Positions 26,563-39,870 of a DNA stretch of 64,000 nt are shown one piece after another. This DNA comes from the human T2T-CHM13v2.0 reference genome, Homo sapiens, in NCBI RefSeq assembly GCF_009914755.1, contig NC_060926.1. One strand, written 5' to 3'. The stretch's first letter is position 1. Each line of letters opens with the position of its first letter. Position numbers and translations under genes: made by a program. The notes under the pieces were generated by a model, which saw only the letters and a list, made by a program, of their open reading frames with translations, had not been told where the DNA came from and did no database searches.

Positions 26563-27444
26563 CATGCAGGCTGAATAATCCCCCTTCCCCTGCTTAGATA
26601 TCCACATCCTAGTCCCTAATTCATGTAATTTGTGAATATATACAATTACGTGGCAAAGTAGAATCAAGGCTGCAGATGAAATAAAGGTTGCTGATCAGCT
26701 AACTTTAAAACAGGGAGAGTATACTGGATTATTCAGGTGGGCCCAATGTAGTCATAAGAAAATGTGGCACATACACACTATGGAATACTCTGCAGCCATA
26801 AAAAAGGATGAGTTCGTGTCCTTTGCGGGGACATGGATGAAGCTGGAAACAATTATTCTCAGCAAACTATCACAAGGACAGAAAACCAAACACCACATGT
26901 TCTCATTCATAGGTGGGAAATGAACAATGAGATCACTTGGACACAGGGCAGGGAACATCACACACTGAGGCCTGTTGTGGGGTGGGGGTTGGGGGAGGGA
27001 TAGCATTAGGAGAAATACCTAATGTAAACGATGAGTTGATGGGTGCAACAAACCAACATGGCACATGTATACCTATGTATCAAACCTGCACGTTGTGCAC
27101 ATGTACCCTAGAACTTAAAGTATAATTAAAAAAAAAAAAGTGGAAGAGAGAGGCAGAAAAGGGAGAACCAGACAGATGGCAGCACAAGAAGGACTCCATC
27201 TGTTGCTAGAGAAGAGAGCCACAAGCCAAGGAATGTAGACAGCTTCTAAAAGCTGGAAGAAGTGAGGCATTTGGGTTTTCCCCTAGAGCATGCAGGAGGA
27301 ATGTAGTTTTGCTACATCTTGATTTTAGGTCACTGAGATGCATTTCAGACTTCTGACCTCCAGGGCTGTGAAATAATAGTTCATATTGTTTAAGCCTCTG
27401 AGTTTGTGGTAGTTTTTTTACAGCAGCAGTAGGAAACTAATGTA
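26563..27444 (+). mobile_element. MLT1D-like solo LTR interrupted by an L1PA
   Basis: ggctgaataat...gttgctgatcagct...ggtgggcccaatgta [L1] aagtggaagagagaggcag...cagcagcagtaggaaactaatgta. Confidence 0.85.
26755..27139 (+). mobile_element. Short 5'-truncated L1PA
   Basis: aagaaaatgtggcacatacacactatggaatac...gtaccctagaacttaaagtataat plus poly-A. Confidence 0.95.
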
Positions 27445-30059
27445 GTGCATGTATGTAGATTTTTTGTCTATAAAATTATATGCACCTATGTGTTATTTAA
27501 AACATTTTTCAAACATAATTTGTAATGATACCTAATCATTTACTTATTATTTCCATTATTAAAATGATACTCCAATTCGTATCTTTGGGCATAAAGCTTT
27601 TTCTATATTTTACATTATTTTCCTAGGATAGAATCACTGTGTCAAAAGGTAGAAGTATGTTTAGAGCAAAAGGGTTGTGAAGAAAAGGCAGATTAAATGT
27701 TATAGAATTCATATTTCTGACCCATGAAGGATATATTTTCAACTTTTACCAAACTCATTCAAAAGAACCGAGTAAATAATCCTTCCTGCCGCCTTTTCTA
27801 CCCCCCTTAGTTGTCTAGTGTGTTACAATCCAAAAACAAGATGAGGCAAATTCCAGAGATCTGGAATGATCTGCGTGAACATCCTGTAGACTCAGGTATA
27901 GAAAGCTGCAGAGTGGTGTCATTAATCTTAGAAATAAGTTAAGTGGCTAAGGTCCAGAATTTAGCAGAGCGCAATGAAGAAAAAAACGTTTCCTTCAAGT
28001 ACATTAAGAGTGACAGTTTTTTGCAATCAGGATTCATACATGACAGTGACCATCTTCGGATGGGGCCTCAGAGGCTAATGAGTACAACCTTTAGAATGCA
28101 AGAAGGTATTTTGAGGATAAACAAGTGATGCTGTATTTGGTACCATGGTTCAAGTGTTTGCTAATTTCTTACAATGAATAATTTAAGCTAAATGTTAGAA
28201 CCAACTGTATTATTTTAAATATGTTATTATAATCAGCTGCAGTGTAACCCATCTGTAATTCTTACTCCATAGGGCAGGCTCAGTGATTCCCAATAAATTC
28301 TTTTATTGTCTTCCAAGGGTTATAATAATGAACCTCTACAGGTATTTTCATAGCTAGAATCTGACAGTGTTGACACACTTGACAACTGCAGTCATAATGC
28401 CTGTATCTGGAGCATGCAAACCAAGTAAATAATGCCTTCTGCCTCTTTCTTCTCCCATGTTCGTATTAAATATTGCCTTTGTCTGGATGTACTACACAAC
28501 ACCCTATCACATCTTAAGCTTTGTACTTTCAGAGGCGAATTCTTGAACAAAGATAAAACGATGCAATCAGTTTGGGAGGAAAAAAGTGAAGCACTGTGTC
28601 GATTAGCTCTTTTCTGGATTCCCTAGATAACTAGCGGAAGGGAGGTTTTGAACTTTGAAGCCAAACAGTGAAATGAAGAAGCCCTGATTTTTACATATGA
28701 AGGAAAAAAATGAAACTGGGGAATAGAAATGAACTCAAAGGTCCAAGCATAGTGTTAATTATTATATTTTAATTTTTCAATTTATGTAAAGTTTCTCAGC
28801 TATCACTTTATTATCTCTTTAACTTATTTTACAGGTTCTTTAATGTAATATGCTATGAGAAGGTAGATCAGGACAAGTTGGACTGTTTATTAGTGGGGTT
28901 TATGGGCTGGGAGATGATCTCATGTGAGACATTCCCCCAGGAATGATGCTCATCGTTAAACAGCAAGAGGATAGCTGGGTGGAAAATGTGTCATTCCAGG
29001 ATGGAGTTGAACCTTAACTCTGCTGTGAAATGGTATAAAATTAGAAAAGGAGAGCATTAAGTGTTGACCTAGAAGACTGAAGAAAGGTTATAACTTCATT
29101 AGAATACATTTTTTTTTGAATGGGGTAAATTTTATATGGGATTACAAGGAGGATGGGGACTATTATAGATATTTATTTAAACTATTGGGAGTAATAAGGA
29201 AGAACACTGAATAAAATGGCAACAATCGCCAGAAGTAGCTCTATTTATTTTCCCAGGGTAAAGACATTTGCTTGGAATAAAATGGATTTCTGAATAATCA
29301 CCTTCATCCTAAATGAGTCTACCTGGGAAGAAAAAGCTATTAAGCCATCAATGTACCCCCTCCTCCTTCCTCACCTAGGTATTAGAACAAAATGTTTGCA
29401 AACCAATGACCTCATTTTCAGGTAAGGATTGTAAGTTAACAACCTTGCTTATGGAACCTCAATTTGCAAACATATTTCAAATATTTACCTAAATACTTAA
29501 GTCTCTAAAATGTCAATTGTTTGAAGATGAGATTTTGAGGACCATGAGGCTATATAAAGAAGTACATGATAAGGCTACTTTGGAGATGTGAATTTGCAAA
29601 AAAAAAGTGTCTGAATTTGCAGTTGTTTCAACATTCAATTGTGTGAATAAATTAAGTATTCTAATTTCTTGTTCTTGCTTTGCATATGTAAATATGGTAT
29701 TTTGTACTTGTGGAATTATTTAGATAATTGGAGAGTTGGATGCTGAGCTCAAATATCAAATCTTTCAAAGGCACATTTGGTTGAAAAAAGAGTCGGACAA
29801 TTTTTTTCTTCTTTAGTTTTTTGAGTTTTGAGAAAAAGAGTCCTTTTGGTCAACTTATTTTGCTACCAACCTTTCAGAGAGAAATGGCAGTTTATGTGTG
29901 GAAATTAATGAGTCAAGGAGAAAACATAATTAGTGACTTAGAAAGGGAAAGTGAGATTAATGTGGAAAAACTCAAATGCATATGTGCCACACACTCTGCC
30001 ACTGGGCAGCATCAGGGAACTGTGTGCTAAGGGGAAGTCTTAGGTCAGGTGTTGATTGG

Positions 30060-30175
30060 CCATTGATTTATTCAATAAATATTTATTGAGCACCTAATAT
30101 ATAGCGGGCAGTCTGTTAAGTGCTGGTGATTCAGGAGTGAGTGAGACAGATGAAACTAGGGCCCAATGGAGAAGA
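30060..30175 (-). mobile_element. L2 3' end (further L2 at ~31050-31400)
   Basis: ttattcaataaatatttattgagcaccta...gtgctggtgattcaggagtgag. Confidence 0.7.
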
Positions 30176-30397
30176 CCCAGAAAAATGATCATCGAAGGGT
30201 GTGGGCCCACTAGAGTGAATTGTAGTGTTGACCACGAGGTGAGTACACTTTTCATTTCTACCTCATTGGCTCCCTGTTAACTAGGGAAGTTTCTGAAAAG
30301 GTCTTATGGAACATTACATACCTCACAGTTTCCCTGGACCTTGCAAGGCAAGGGTTGGGTTGCAGATGATACTCAGAGAATGGCCCTTCTGAATACA

Positions 30398-31008
30398 CAG
30401 CCACGTGCTGCATGATGACGTTTCTATCAATGATAGACCACATATATGACGGTGGTCCCATAAGATTATGATGGGGCTAAGAAATTCCTATCATCTAGTG
30501 ATGTAGTCATAGTAATGTCATAGCACAATTGCTTAACTTTAAAAATAAATTTAATGTATCCTAAGTGTACAGTGTTTATAAAATCTACAGTAGCGTACAG
30601 CAGTGTCTTAGGCCTTTACATTCACTTATCACTCACTGATTGACTCACCCAGAGGGACCTCCAGTCCTGCATACTTCGTTCATGCTAAATACTGTAGACG
30701 GGCATATCATTTTTTATCTTTTACACTGTATTTTTACTGTCTCTTTTCTATGTTTAGATATGTCTAAATACATAAATAATTACTGTGTTATAATTACCTA
30801 CATTTTTCAGCACAGTAATAGGCTATACAGGTTTGTAGCCTAGGAGGAATAGGCTATGCCACCATAGAGCCTAGGTGTATAGTAGCCATCCCATCTAGGT
30901 TTCTGTAAGTACACTATATGTTGTAAGAATATTTCGTTCTCACAACAACAAAATTACTAATGATGCATTCCTCAGAACGTATCCCTGTCATTAGCTGATG
31001 CATGATTA
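30398..31008. mobile_element. Tigger3-family (Golem) internally deleted DNA transposon
   Basis: Ends cagccacgtgctgcatgatgacgttt...gacggtggtcccataagattat and gcattcctcagaacgtatccctgtcattagctgatgcatga; ~610 bp. Confidence 0.85.
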
Positions 31009-32246
31009 CTTTGGTGATCTAGGTTTTGTGTTTCTCAAGCAGGGTCAGACCATTCATGTTGTTAACAAAGAGTTATTTAGCTTCTTCTGGGTTCCAGGAA
31101 TGGTAAGGTTGCGATGGTGATGAATCATTCATAGACCCTGCTCTCATGGGTCTTCCAGGCTAGTGGGAGGGATAGATATTAATCAAATAGTCAAGGAAAC
31201 AAAGATGTGATTACAAACTGCGATTCGAAGTATGAAGCTCTGCAAAAGCACAGAACGGAGTCTTTCATACCGTGCTGCGATCTGAAGGGATGGAGAGAGT
31301 TTAGTAGGGGAGTGGGAGGGAGACGCACATTCCAGAAAAAGGCCCGTTTATGACAATTCCTGGGATTGGGGAGGAATAAGGCCGTTACGGCTGGACTGCA
31401 AAGAATTTAACAAAAGAGACAAGATTATGATCAGGGAACATAGATACAAACAGATGGAATCCTGCTGATGCTAGCTGGGTGGCTGGAGATTTCTAGCAAG
31501 CACAGAGAAGCTCTCTGCTTCTAGTCAAGAAAGGGGCTATGCAGGAACATTAGATAACTTGTTTTTTCAAAGTTAGGTTAACATTAGACAAATTTACTGA
31601 ATGGGAGTATTTTGTTGTAACACTTTAAATCCAAATGGAGTATGATACTATTATGAAATACCAACATGCCATTTAGGAGTTCATCTACATCTAGTCATTT
31701 TCTCTATGTCATGGGCATTAAGGTGTGATCTGATAACACATTTCTTACAATCTAGCACAGTGCCTGCCTGGAGTAGGCACTAAAACATTTTTCTGGTAGA
31801 TTAAGTTTAATTTAATCACAATAATGATTACCCTGTAGTCTAAAACCTAATGAAAACCTTTATGTAAGGGGGACAGAATAAGGAAGACAAAAGGAGGCCA
31901 TAACTAAATAATTTACATTTGCATCGCAAAGGCTGAGTTGCACAAGTCCTGGAGAAAGGATTTTTTTTTTTTAATTACTGAAATTTTGGGACAATTCAGA
32001 GGCATTTTCTTATGTTAAATCTTGAGACTTTATGATTGTGAGAATTTTATCTGCATAATCTACCTGCAAAAGGTGCATCTTATCTGACAAAAAGCTTCAA
32101 ACTCATTAGAAGAGGGAGTCCTATATGTTTTCATGAGTGTGTTGTACTGTAAGCTCTGGTATCAAGACTTGTATTCTGATTTAATAAATCCACTTCTAGT
32201 TTTGGTTGGATAGAATATTTCTGCTTATCTTGATTGCATTTATAAC

Positions 32247-33300
32247 GGCAATTTTCAAACAAGAGTCCATATAAACCTGGGGGTACACAGACTTTCTAGG
32301 AGCTACAAGGTCATGGATACCTTTAAGGGAACCAATGGCCAAATCCCCAGCTTGTATGTGTGCTATGGTTTAAATGTGTCCCCTCCAAAATTCAGGTGTT
32401 GCCAATGCAACAGTATGGAGGGTTGAGACCACTAAAAGGTGATGAGGTCATGAGGGCTTTTCCTTCATTAATGGGATAAAGGCCGTTGTGAAAGAGGCTT
32501 CAGGCAGTCCTCAGCTGGCTCTTCAGCTCTTCTTCTAGGTAAGCCCACAGCATTCTGCCCCTCTGGAGGATGCAGCCTTGATCTCGTACCTCCCAGATTA
32601 AAGAAGCGTGAGAAATACATGTGTCTTCTTGTTAAATGACCCAATCTACAATATTTTGTTGTGGTAGCACAGACTAAGACAATGTGTATGTTTTCCTAAC
32701 ACTAATCTTCTGGACAGAATGACTGTGGTGGGCCAGTTTTCCTACCCCACTTCCCCTTTTATAATCACTCTCCTCTATTCTCTATAAGAAAATTACATCT
32801 CTCACCCATCTCTAATCTTACCATGGTGTACAGTGCTGGTATTTGAGATTGCATCATTCCCATAAAAGTGAAAGCTTTGGTGAGAATTACTGAAACATGA
32901 TACATCTTATTTTCATATTCTGGTAACAAACTCATGTCTTTCTGTCTCAGTCTATCTAAAAATGAATTTGAATTCATAGGTAAGGAAGTACAAGATGCAA
33001 TTTAGTGGTGTTTCTTAAAAATAGACAAGGAAGCTAGACATTTTCTGTTAGTAAGTCTGACTTGGTTGATTGGTTTGACAGTGAAGACAAGGTTTGCCAA
33101 TTAGTTCCGTTGACATTTTCTATAAGCTTAACGAATGAAATTTTCAGCCCCAAGATTTTTGAAAAATATACATTTGATGCATATGTTAATGTGTAAATAA
33201 TCATAATCATTTAAACTTACAGTAAAAGTTTCAGAAGTCAAACTTAATGATATGAGAAGGGATACATAGTTTTTCAAAAAGTCATGGATTTGAAATATTA
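32247..33300 (+). mobile_element. hAT-Charlie element with transposase remnant, interrupted by an MST LTR
   Basis: gacattttctataagcttaacgaa at 33112 reads DIFYKLNE, like the DIFxKLNELN motif of Charlie/Buster transposases; degenerate ends caattttcaaac / tttgaaatatta. Confidence 0.6.
32361..32681 (+). mobile_element. MST-family (MSTC/D-like) solo LTR
   Basis: tgctatggtttaaatgtgtcccctccaaaattca...gactaagaca; perfect 5-bp TSD atgtg at 32356-32360 and 32682-32686. Confidence 0.88.
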
Positions 33301-33459
33301 GCTGATAGGAAGAAGAAAAAGTATGGTGGCTCAGTGAATGAAAAGGACTATCCCAATTATCTCACTAGGAAAATGACTTCATGTTAATTAAATAATTTAA
33401 ACATTAAGAAAACAGGTTTCCTGGAGAATGATTGTATATACATTTATAAATAAGTAAAT

Positions 33460-33491
33460 ACACGCGCACACACACACACACACACACACAC
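33460..33491. repeat. (CA)n microsatellite
   Basis: acacgcgcacacacacacacacacacacacac. Confidence 0.9.
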
Positions 33492-33806
33492 TTCCCACAG
33501 TTGTTCTGAGGGCAAGTGTTGGATTTGTAGTTTTTTCATTGACACTCTCCTCTTCTTATAGGGGAGCATAGGTTATGATGATCAGCAAAGTAGTCTTCTA
33601 GACATTGAGAAACAAATCTGTCATTCCAATTTTTAAACACTCTGAAGTCAGGGCCAAGATAAAATAATGTTTTGACCCTCGATTTATTATCAAAAGTCTA
33701 TTTTCTCATTAGAAAAGTAATATTTGTTTCAGAAAATTTTGAAAATAGCAAAAATTATAAGGAAAACAAAGTCAAAACCAGCAATATATTATTGTTTAGC
33801 TGTATA

Positions 33807-34199
33807 CAGATACTCTTCAATTTATGATAGGGTTATTTCTGTAAGTTGAAGAGTATTTGTTTTTGGGAAATAAACTCATTGTAAGTTGAGAATATCATAA
33901 ATTGAAAATGTATTTAATGCACTGAACCTACTGAACATTGCAGCTTATCCAAAGCTACCTTAAATGTGTGCAGAACACATACATTGGCCTACAGTTGGAT
34001 AAAATCATCTAATGAAAACCCTATTTTATAATAAAGTGTTGAATATCCCATCTAAGAGTATTGTATTGCATACCATTAGCCTGAGAAAAGATCAAAATTC
34101 CAGTTTCAAAGTATGGTTTCTACTGAATGCATATTGATTTTGTACCAATATAATGTCAAAAAATCATAAGTCAAACTATTATAAATTGGGGACCATCTG
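33807..34199. mobile_element. MER47/Tigger5-family MITE
   Basis: TA-cagatactcttcaatttatgatagggtta...ttataaattggggaccatctg-TA: TIRs with TA target duplication. Confidence 0.85.
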
Positions 34200-35216
34200 T
34201 ATCTTTCTGTTCATTTTTCTATGTATAGAAATTTATTTCTTTTTATTAGAAATAAATTTTATTTATTTCTAATTTATTATTTATTTATTTATTAATTCAT
34301 TAGAAATAAATAAAACTGTTACATTAGAACCTTACTGTGACAGTTTGTAACTACTTTTAAATTTTATCAACATATTCTGATCATTTCACCATTTCATTAA
34401 ATGTTTTTTATGACATCATTCCTAATGATTGAATAGTATTCCATTAGGAGGAGCAACATAATTAATTAACTCTACATTTTTCATACTTGAGCAAATGTAT
34501 GGATCCTTTTCAAAAGAAAGATAAATTTTCATGCTCCCTCCAGGCTTGATTTATGTTATTTTCATTATGTTTTTCCCCCGCTATGTAGAAATATAAAATT
34601 AGAATAAATTTTTTTATGATGCTAACAACTACAAAACCAATACAAATTTATGTTTAAATTTTGACATAAAATTAATATAAGTGAAATGTCAACAGTCACT
34701 TAAAGTGATAGCTGATATTTAATAGTAGGATGATAAGTGTTTTATATTTTCTTGGTGTGCTTCATTTGATTTTGAGCCTGATGGACTATCATTTCAGTCA
34801 TCTTGAATATAATAATATTTTTCTTCTACAATAAACTTATTTTAAGCCAATGATTCATTGTTTTTATGGATCAGTCAGTTTAACAGTGCACCTCAAAGTA
34901 CAGTACCATCAAAAGTTTAAACAAAAATTCTTAACTACTAAACTTAATCTTGTTAGATTCAAAAATAGCTCCTCACAGTGTAAATATGACATTGACAGCT
35001 ATTTTCTAAGTGATAATTCAGCTCTCCCACAACTGCTGTGGCCTCCTTGTTCTCTAGGAGGTTTGCCTTTCCTTGGCACTATTGTGACTATAAGTGCAAA
35101 CACAAACTTGGCATCAAAATCATAGCAGAGCTGAGGTGGTCTACCAGATCATCCAGAATATCTTTACATTGACATTCTTTAGATTATTTTCAACATAAAG
35201 ACACTAGATTAAAAAA

Positions 35217-36349
35217 GGAAACCTAGGCAATACCATTCAGGACACAGTCATCGGCAAAAACTTCATGAATAAAAGACCAAAAGCAATGGCAACAAAAGCC
35301 AAAATAGACAAATGGGATCTGACTAAACTAAAGAGCTTCTGCACACAGCAAAAGAAACTATCATCAGAGTGAACAGGCAACCTACAGAATGGGAGAAAAT
35401 TTTTGCAATCTATCCATCTGACAAAGGGCTAATATCCAGAATCTACAAAGAACTTAAACAAATTTACAAGAAAAAAAGAACCCCATCAAAAAGTGGGCAA
35501 AGGATATGAACAGAGACTTTTGAAAAGAAGACATTTGTACAGCCAACAAACATATGAAAAAAAGCCCATCATCACCGGTCATTAGAGAAATGCAAATCAA
35601 AACCACAATGAGATACCATCTCACGCCAGTTAGAATGGCGATCATTAAAAAGTCAGGAAACAACAGATGCTGGAGAGGATATGGAGAAATAGGAATGCTT
35701 TTACACTGTTGCTGGGAGTGTAAATTAGTTCAACCATTGTGGAAGACAGTGTGTATGGTGATTCCTCAAGGATCTAGAACTAGAAATATCATTTGACCCA
35801 GCAATCCCATTACTGGGTATATACCCGAGGATTATAAATCATTCTACTATAAAGACACAGGCACATGTATGTTTATTGTGGCACTATTCACAATAGCAAA
35901 GACTTGGAACCAACCCAAATGCCCATCATTGAAAGACTGGATAAAGAAAATGTGGCACATATACACCATGGAATACTATGCAGCCATAAAAAGGATGAGT
36001 TCATGTCCTTTGCAGAGACATGGATGAAGCTGGAAACCATCATTCTCAACAAACTAACACAAGAACCGAAAACCAAACACCATATGTTCTCACTCATAAG
36101 TGGGAGCTGAACAATGAGAACACATGGACACAGGTACGGGAACATCACACACCAGGGCCTGTCAGGGGTGCCGGGTTAGGGGAGGGATAGCAGTAGGAGA
36201 AATACCTAATATAGGTGACGAGTTGATGGGTGCAGCAAACCACCATGGCACGTGTATACCTATGTAACAAACCTGCATGTTCTGCACATGTACACCAGAA
36301 CTTAAAGTACAAAAAAAAAAAAGAATTAAAAACATAAAAAAATAAAAAA
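35217..36349 (+). mobile_element. 5'-truncated L1PA (~1.1 kb)
   Basis: aaacctaggcaataccattcaggac...; disrupted ORF2 peptide [33 protein letters not shown]; 3'UTR and poly-A. Confidence 0.95.
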
Positions 36350-36399
36350 GACCGTCTTTTATAACTCAGACCCTTAAGAATAAGGCTTTTGGAGTCCTC

Positions 36400-36832
36400 A
36401 GTCGCTTGGAACAATACAAAATTTATTATCTTATAGTTCTAGAGGTCAGAAGTCCTAAAATCAGTGTGTCAGTATGGCCATGTTCCTTTTAGAGTCTCTA
36501 GGGGGAAAAGCCTGTTTCCTTTTCCAACTTCTAGAGCCTGCCTGCATTCCTTGGCACATGGGCCCTTCTTCCACCTTCAAAGAGCATCACATCAAACTCT
36601 GCTTCCATTGTCCCATCACCTTCTATGACTTGGACTCATTTGCCTTCCGCTTATAAGGACCCTTGTGATTTCACTGGGCCCACCCAGGTAGTTCAGCCTA
36701 ATCCTTCCATCTCTAGATCCTTAGCTTAATCACATCTGCAAAGTACTTTCAACCAAGTAAGGTAATATATTCACAGGTTCCAGGGATAAGGACGTGGACA
36801 TCTTTGGGGAGGCCATTTTTCAGCCTACCACA
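36400..36832 (-). mobile_element. MLT1 (MLT1B/C-like) LTR with one terminus missing
   Basis: aaatttattatcttatagttctagaggtcagaagtcc...taaggacccttgtgat...gggaggccatttttcagcctaccaca. Confidence 0.82.
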
Positions 36833-39689
36833 TCCGAATGCTAAAAACTTGTTGTATATAAATTTTAAATAAAAAAGCTGTGATGTTGTATGTTGCATTC
36901 ATTAGCCATGATTATTCTTTTAGGACAAAAGTCTAATGCTAGAATGTACCAACCACAAGATATATACATTAAAAAAAAGACTTTTAGTAAACAATGCCAA
37001 ATTACCCTCTAGAAGGGTTACTTTGAATTACACTTTTGACAGTAGTGCATAGTTGCTTGACCGCATTGGTATTATTTGTTAAAAATCCTTTGCTATTTGA
37101 TAGGAAAAAAATTCATTGTTATTTTACTTTTGAGTAATTTGCTGTTAGTTATTTTGATGATATTGAACATGTAAAAATATATTCACTGGTTATTACAGAA
37201 ATAATTTAGATGGAAATTTTATTCAAGGCTCTACTGCTTTATAGGGTTTACTTTGTAATGTAGAAATCTCCTAACCTGTAAAATTACAGCATCAGGAGGA
37301 AAACGTAGAATGCCTTTGAACTAAAGTTCACATCTCAGAGTGTTTAGGAGAGTGAACTAATTGTTTAAACGGATGCAAGGATGATACTGTTCAGGATGAA
37401 ATAACTGTTTAGTGCATTTTGTGTATATAGTTGTTACGCTCTTCTAACAGGGATAGCCTGTTCAATTATAGATGTGTGCCCAAGTTAGAGCATGTCACTT
37501 GTTTCTGCTACACTAGGCGTGGTCTTTCCGGGGAAAACATCTTATGATAAATTTACATTATTGCTAAATAAGAACTAAATATTTTATCTGAGAGCAATTA
37601 TCATCTAATTCTTGTCATGAAAATATTGGCAGCAGGAAAATTTTCTTAATAGATAAAAATTGAAGGATTTTTATAAATTGTTTTATTACACAACTATTAC
37701 ATACTCATTCAATAAAGAATTTTCATTGCAGATCATCGGAAGAAACAAAAACAAGCTGTGGTGAAGAAGAAACGTTTTCTAAAGCCTCTTTTATCCCCAG
37801 GATGGTTGAGAAGTCAGAGGCCTGCAATGCTAGGAAGAGAGGGTCTAAAGTGGTAAGATTAAACACATAATATAAGATGGGTAGGGGTGTATAGGTGGCT
37901 ATATTTTGTTTGCTTATACTCTATCTTTTCTCCCTCCAAAGCATCACTTGTTGCTGAGTTAGGGAATCCAGAAACAATGCAAGGCAAGCCTTGAGAAAAA
38001 TCATGCAAAATATTGCTTTCAGAGTTTGGAGAGGCAACAATATCCTTTCTTCTTTGCTCAGTCCCGCTGGGGCTTTGCTTTCCTTGAAGAAGATGCGTCA
38101 GTGGTTTTCTTTCTTTAAGATATCTAGGAGGAGGCTGTTTTTAGCTGAGAGCTGCTGCTTTGCCTATCACTGCAGTGTCGTGTAGGATGCCTGGTAGAGA
38201 AGGCAGCTGGAGAGGAGGAAGTCGGAAAGTGAATGCCTGTAAAGAAAGAGCTCAGGAATAAAAAGAGAATATGCTAGGCTGTGCGCACCCAGCAGGTGCA
38301 GCTTTCAGGCGTGGCAGAACAGGGTGGGTGCCTTTGGCAATCTCTAGTCTCTTGGGATCTTTTATTTGTTTGGTATTCTAAGAAGATCTGACTTATTTGT
38401 ACCATTTCAATGATATTGTGAGATTAATATGTTTCCTGGTGCATAGTAATTAACATCAGGCTCTGCAGAATGGAATATTCCAGGACTTAGAGAATGCTGG
38501 ACATTTTATGGGCTGCAGCCAGCAGATGGTGATAGCGTACCACAAAAAAGCCAATGAAGCGGGCTTGGTGAAGCTGGGAGGTTCAGTTTTGTTTTGCTTT
38601 GTTATTTAAGCTTGACAATACCCATCTATATATCCTGTGGGTGCACAGTGTTTGAGCCCAGTCTGGTCTTAAACTTGTTTTATGATGATATCATTATTTT
38701 TTACTGCTACAAATTAACTGTCGGTTTCAATCTACCCCATGTTTCAGCTGCCTTCAGGGATCATCTTGTCAGTTATGCAGCTTTCCAATTTTATGGCTGA
38801 GATCAAGAATGATTCCTTAAAGGCACATGGGAAACACAGTGAAATGTGGGAGAGTGGATGTGAGCTCTGCTACATGGCCGATATTATAGGTGCACAGGAA
38901 AGATAGATAAGGGCAAACCACTAAGGCCCCAATTCAGTTTGAAATTTGACTGTCTTGACATTTACTTAGGTGCAATCATTTATCTAGATATTGATGGTGA
39001 CCTACTATCACTGGAATAAAATGGAGCTAGAGGAGTTTCAGTATTATTTTACAGAGTTATGTTCAAACATGTGAGAATGTAAGGACTTGTGGGCACACCA
39101 ATATTTTCAGGTCCACAGGAAATTCTTTCACTAGGACATAAAGTCATTCATTCATTCTTCCTTGTGTCCAGTGCTTCTTGAGTGCTTATTGGGTGCTTAT
39201 CCTTGTTCCACGCGCTAGGAAGTCCTTGCAGACTTACCTCACAGGAACTCCTCGTTGCTGCCTATCTTTTCTTGAAGTGTAAGGGCGAAAGGAGGTTAGG
39301 ATCCCCTTTATAGAGAGCTGGCAGAGCACCATTGATTGATGATAAACTTGAAGGAGAAAAGGGTCATATTCTAGTTTGCTCCAGTCAAAGATTTCCATCA
39401 GGAATAGACTGTTGTAAATCTGCTGCTGAATTCTGCTACTGGCCGGCATACTGTCCAAAGATGTACTGAGAGACATTGGGAAATCCCAAAAGTCAGTTAG
39501 AAAGGTCAGGCTATTCTTCAAATGTTAGATGGACAAAGTAAGCATGGGTTCAAGCCCCCTGTCAAATCATCTGCAGTCTACAAATAGCTTATTTCACCAG
39601 CTTCCTAACTAATGTGGTATCTTCTTCTAGAACTTGGCGAGTTTTATCAGGATTAAGTAACGATGGTTCCCCTATAGCCTGCCCATTAT

Positions 39690-39870
39690 GAGCCAGGTCC
39701 TTTCCAGGTATTACTTTAATCTTTATGACACTCATTCAAGCTGGGCATTATTATACTGTTTTGATATATAAGATAACTGAAGCTTAAAGAAGTTGATTAA
39801 TTTGCCAAGTATGTAGCCAAGTTGGGAATTAAACCAAGGTCTGTCCATGCCCCTCCGACTATGCCATACT
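39690..39870 (-). mobile_element. MIR
   Basis: gataactgaagcttaaagaagttgattaatttgccaag...gggaattaaaccaaggtctgtc. Confidence 0.65.
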
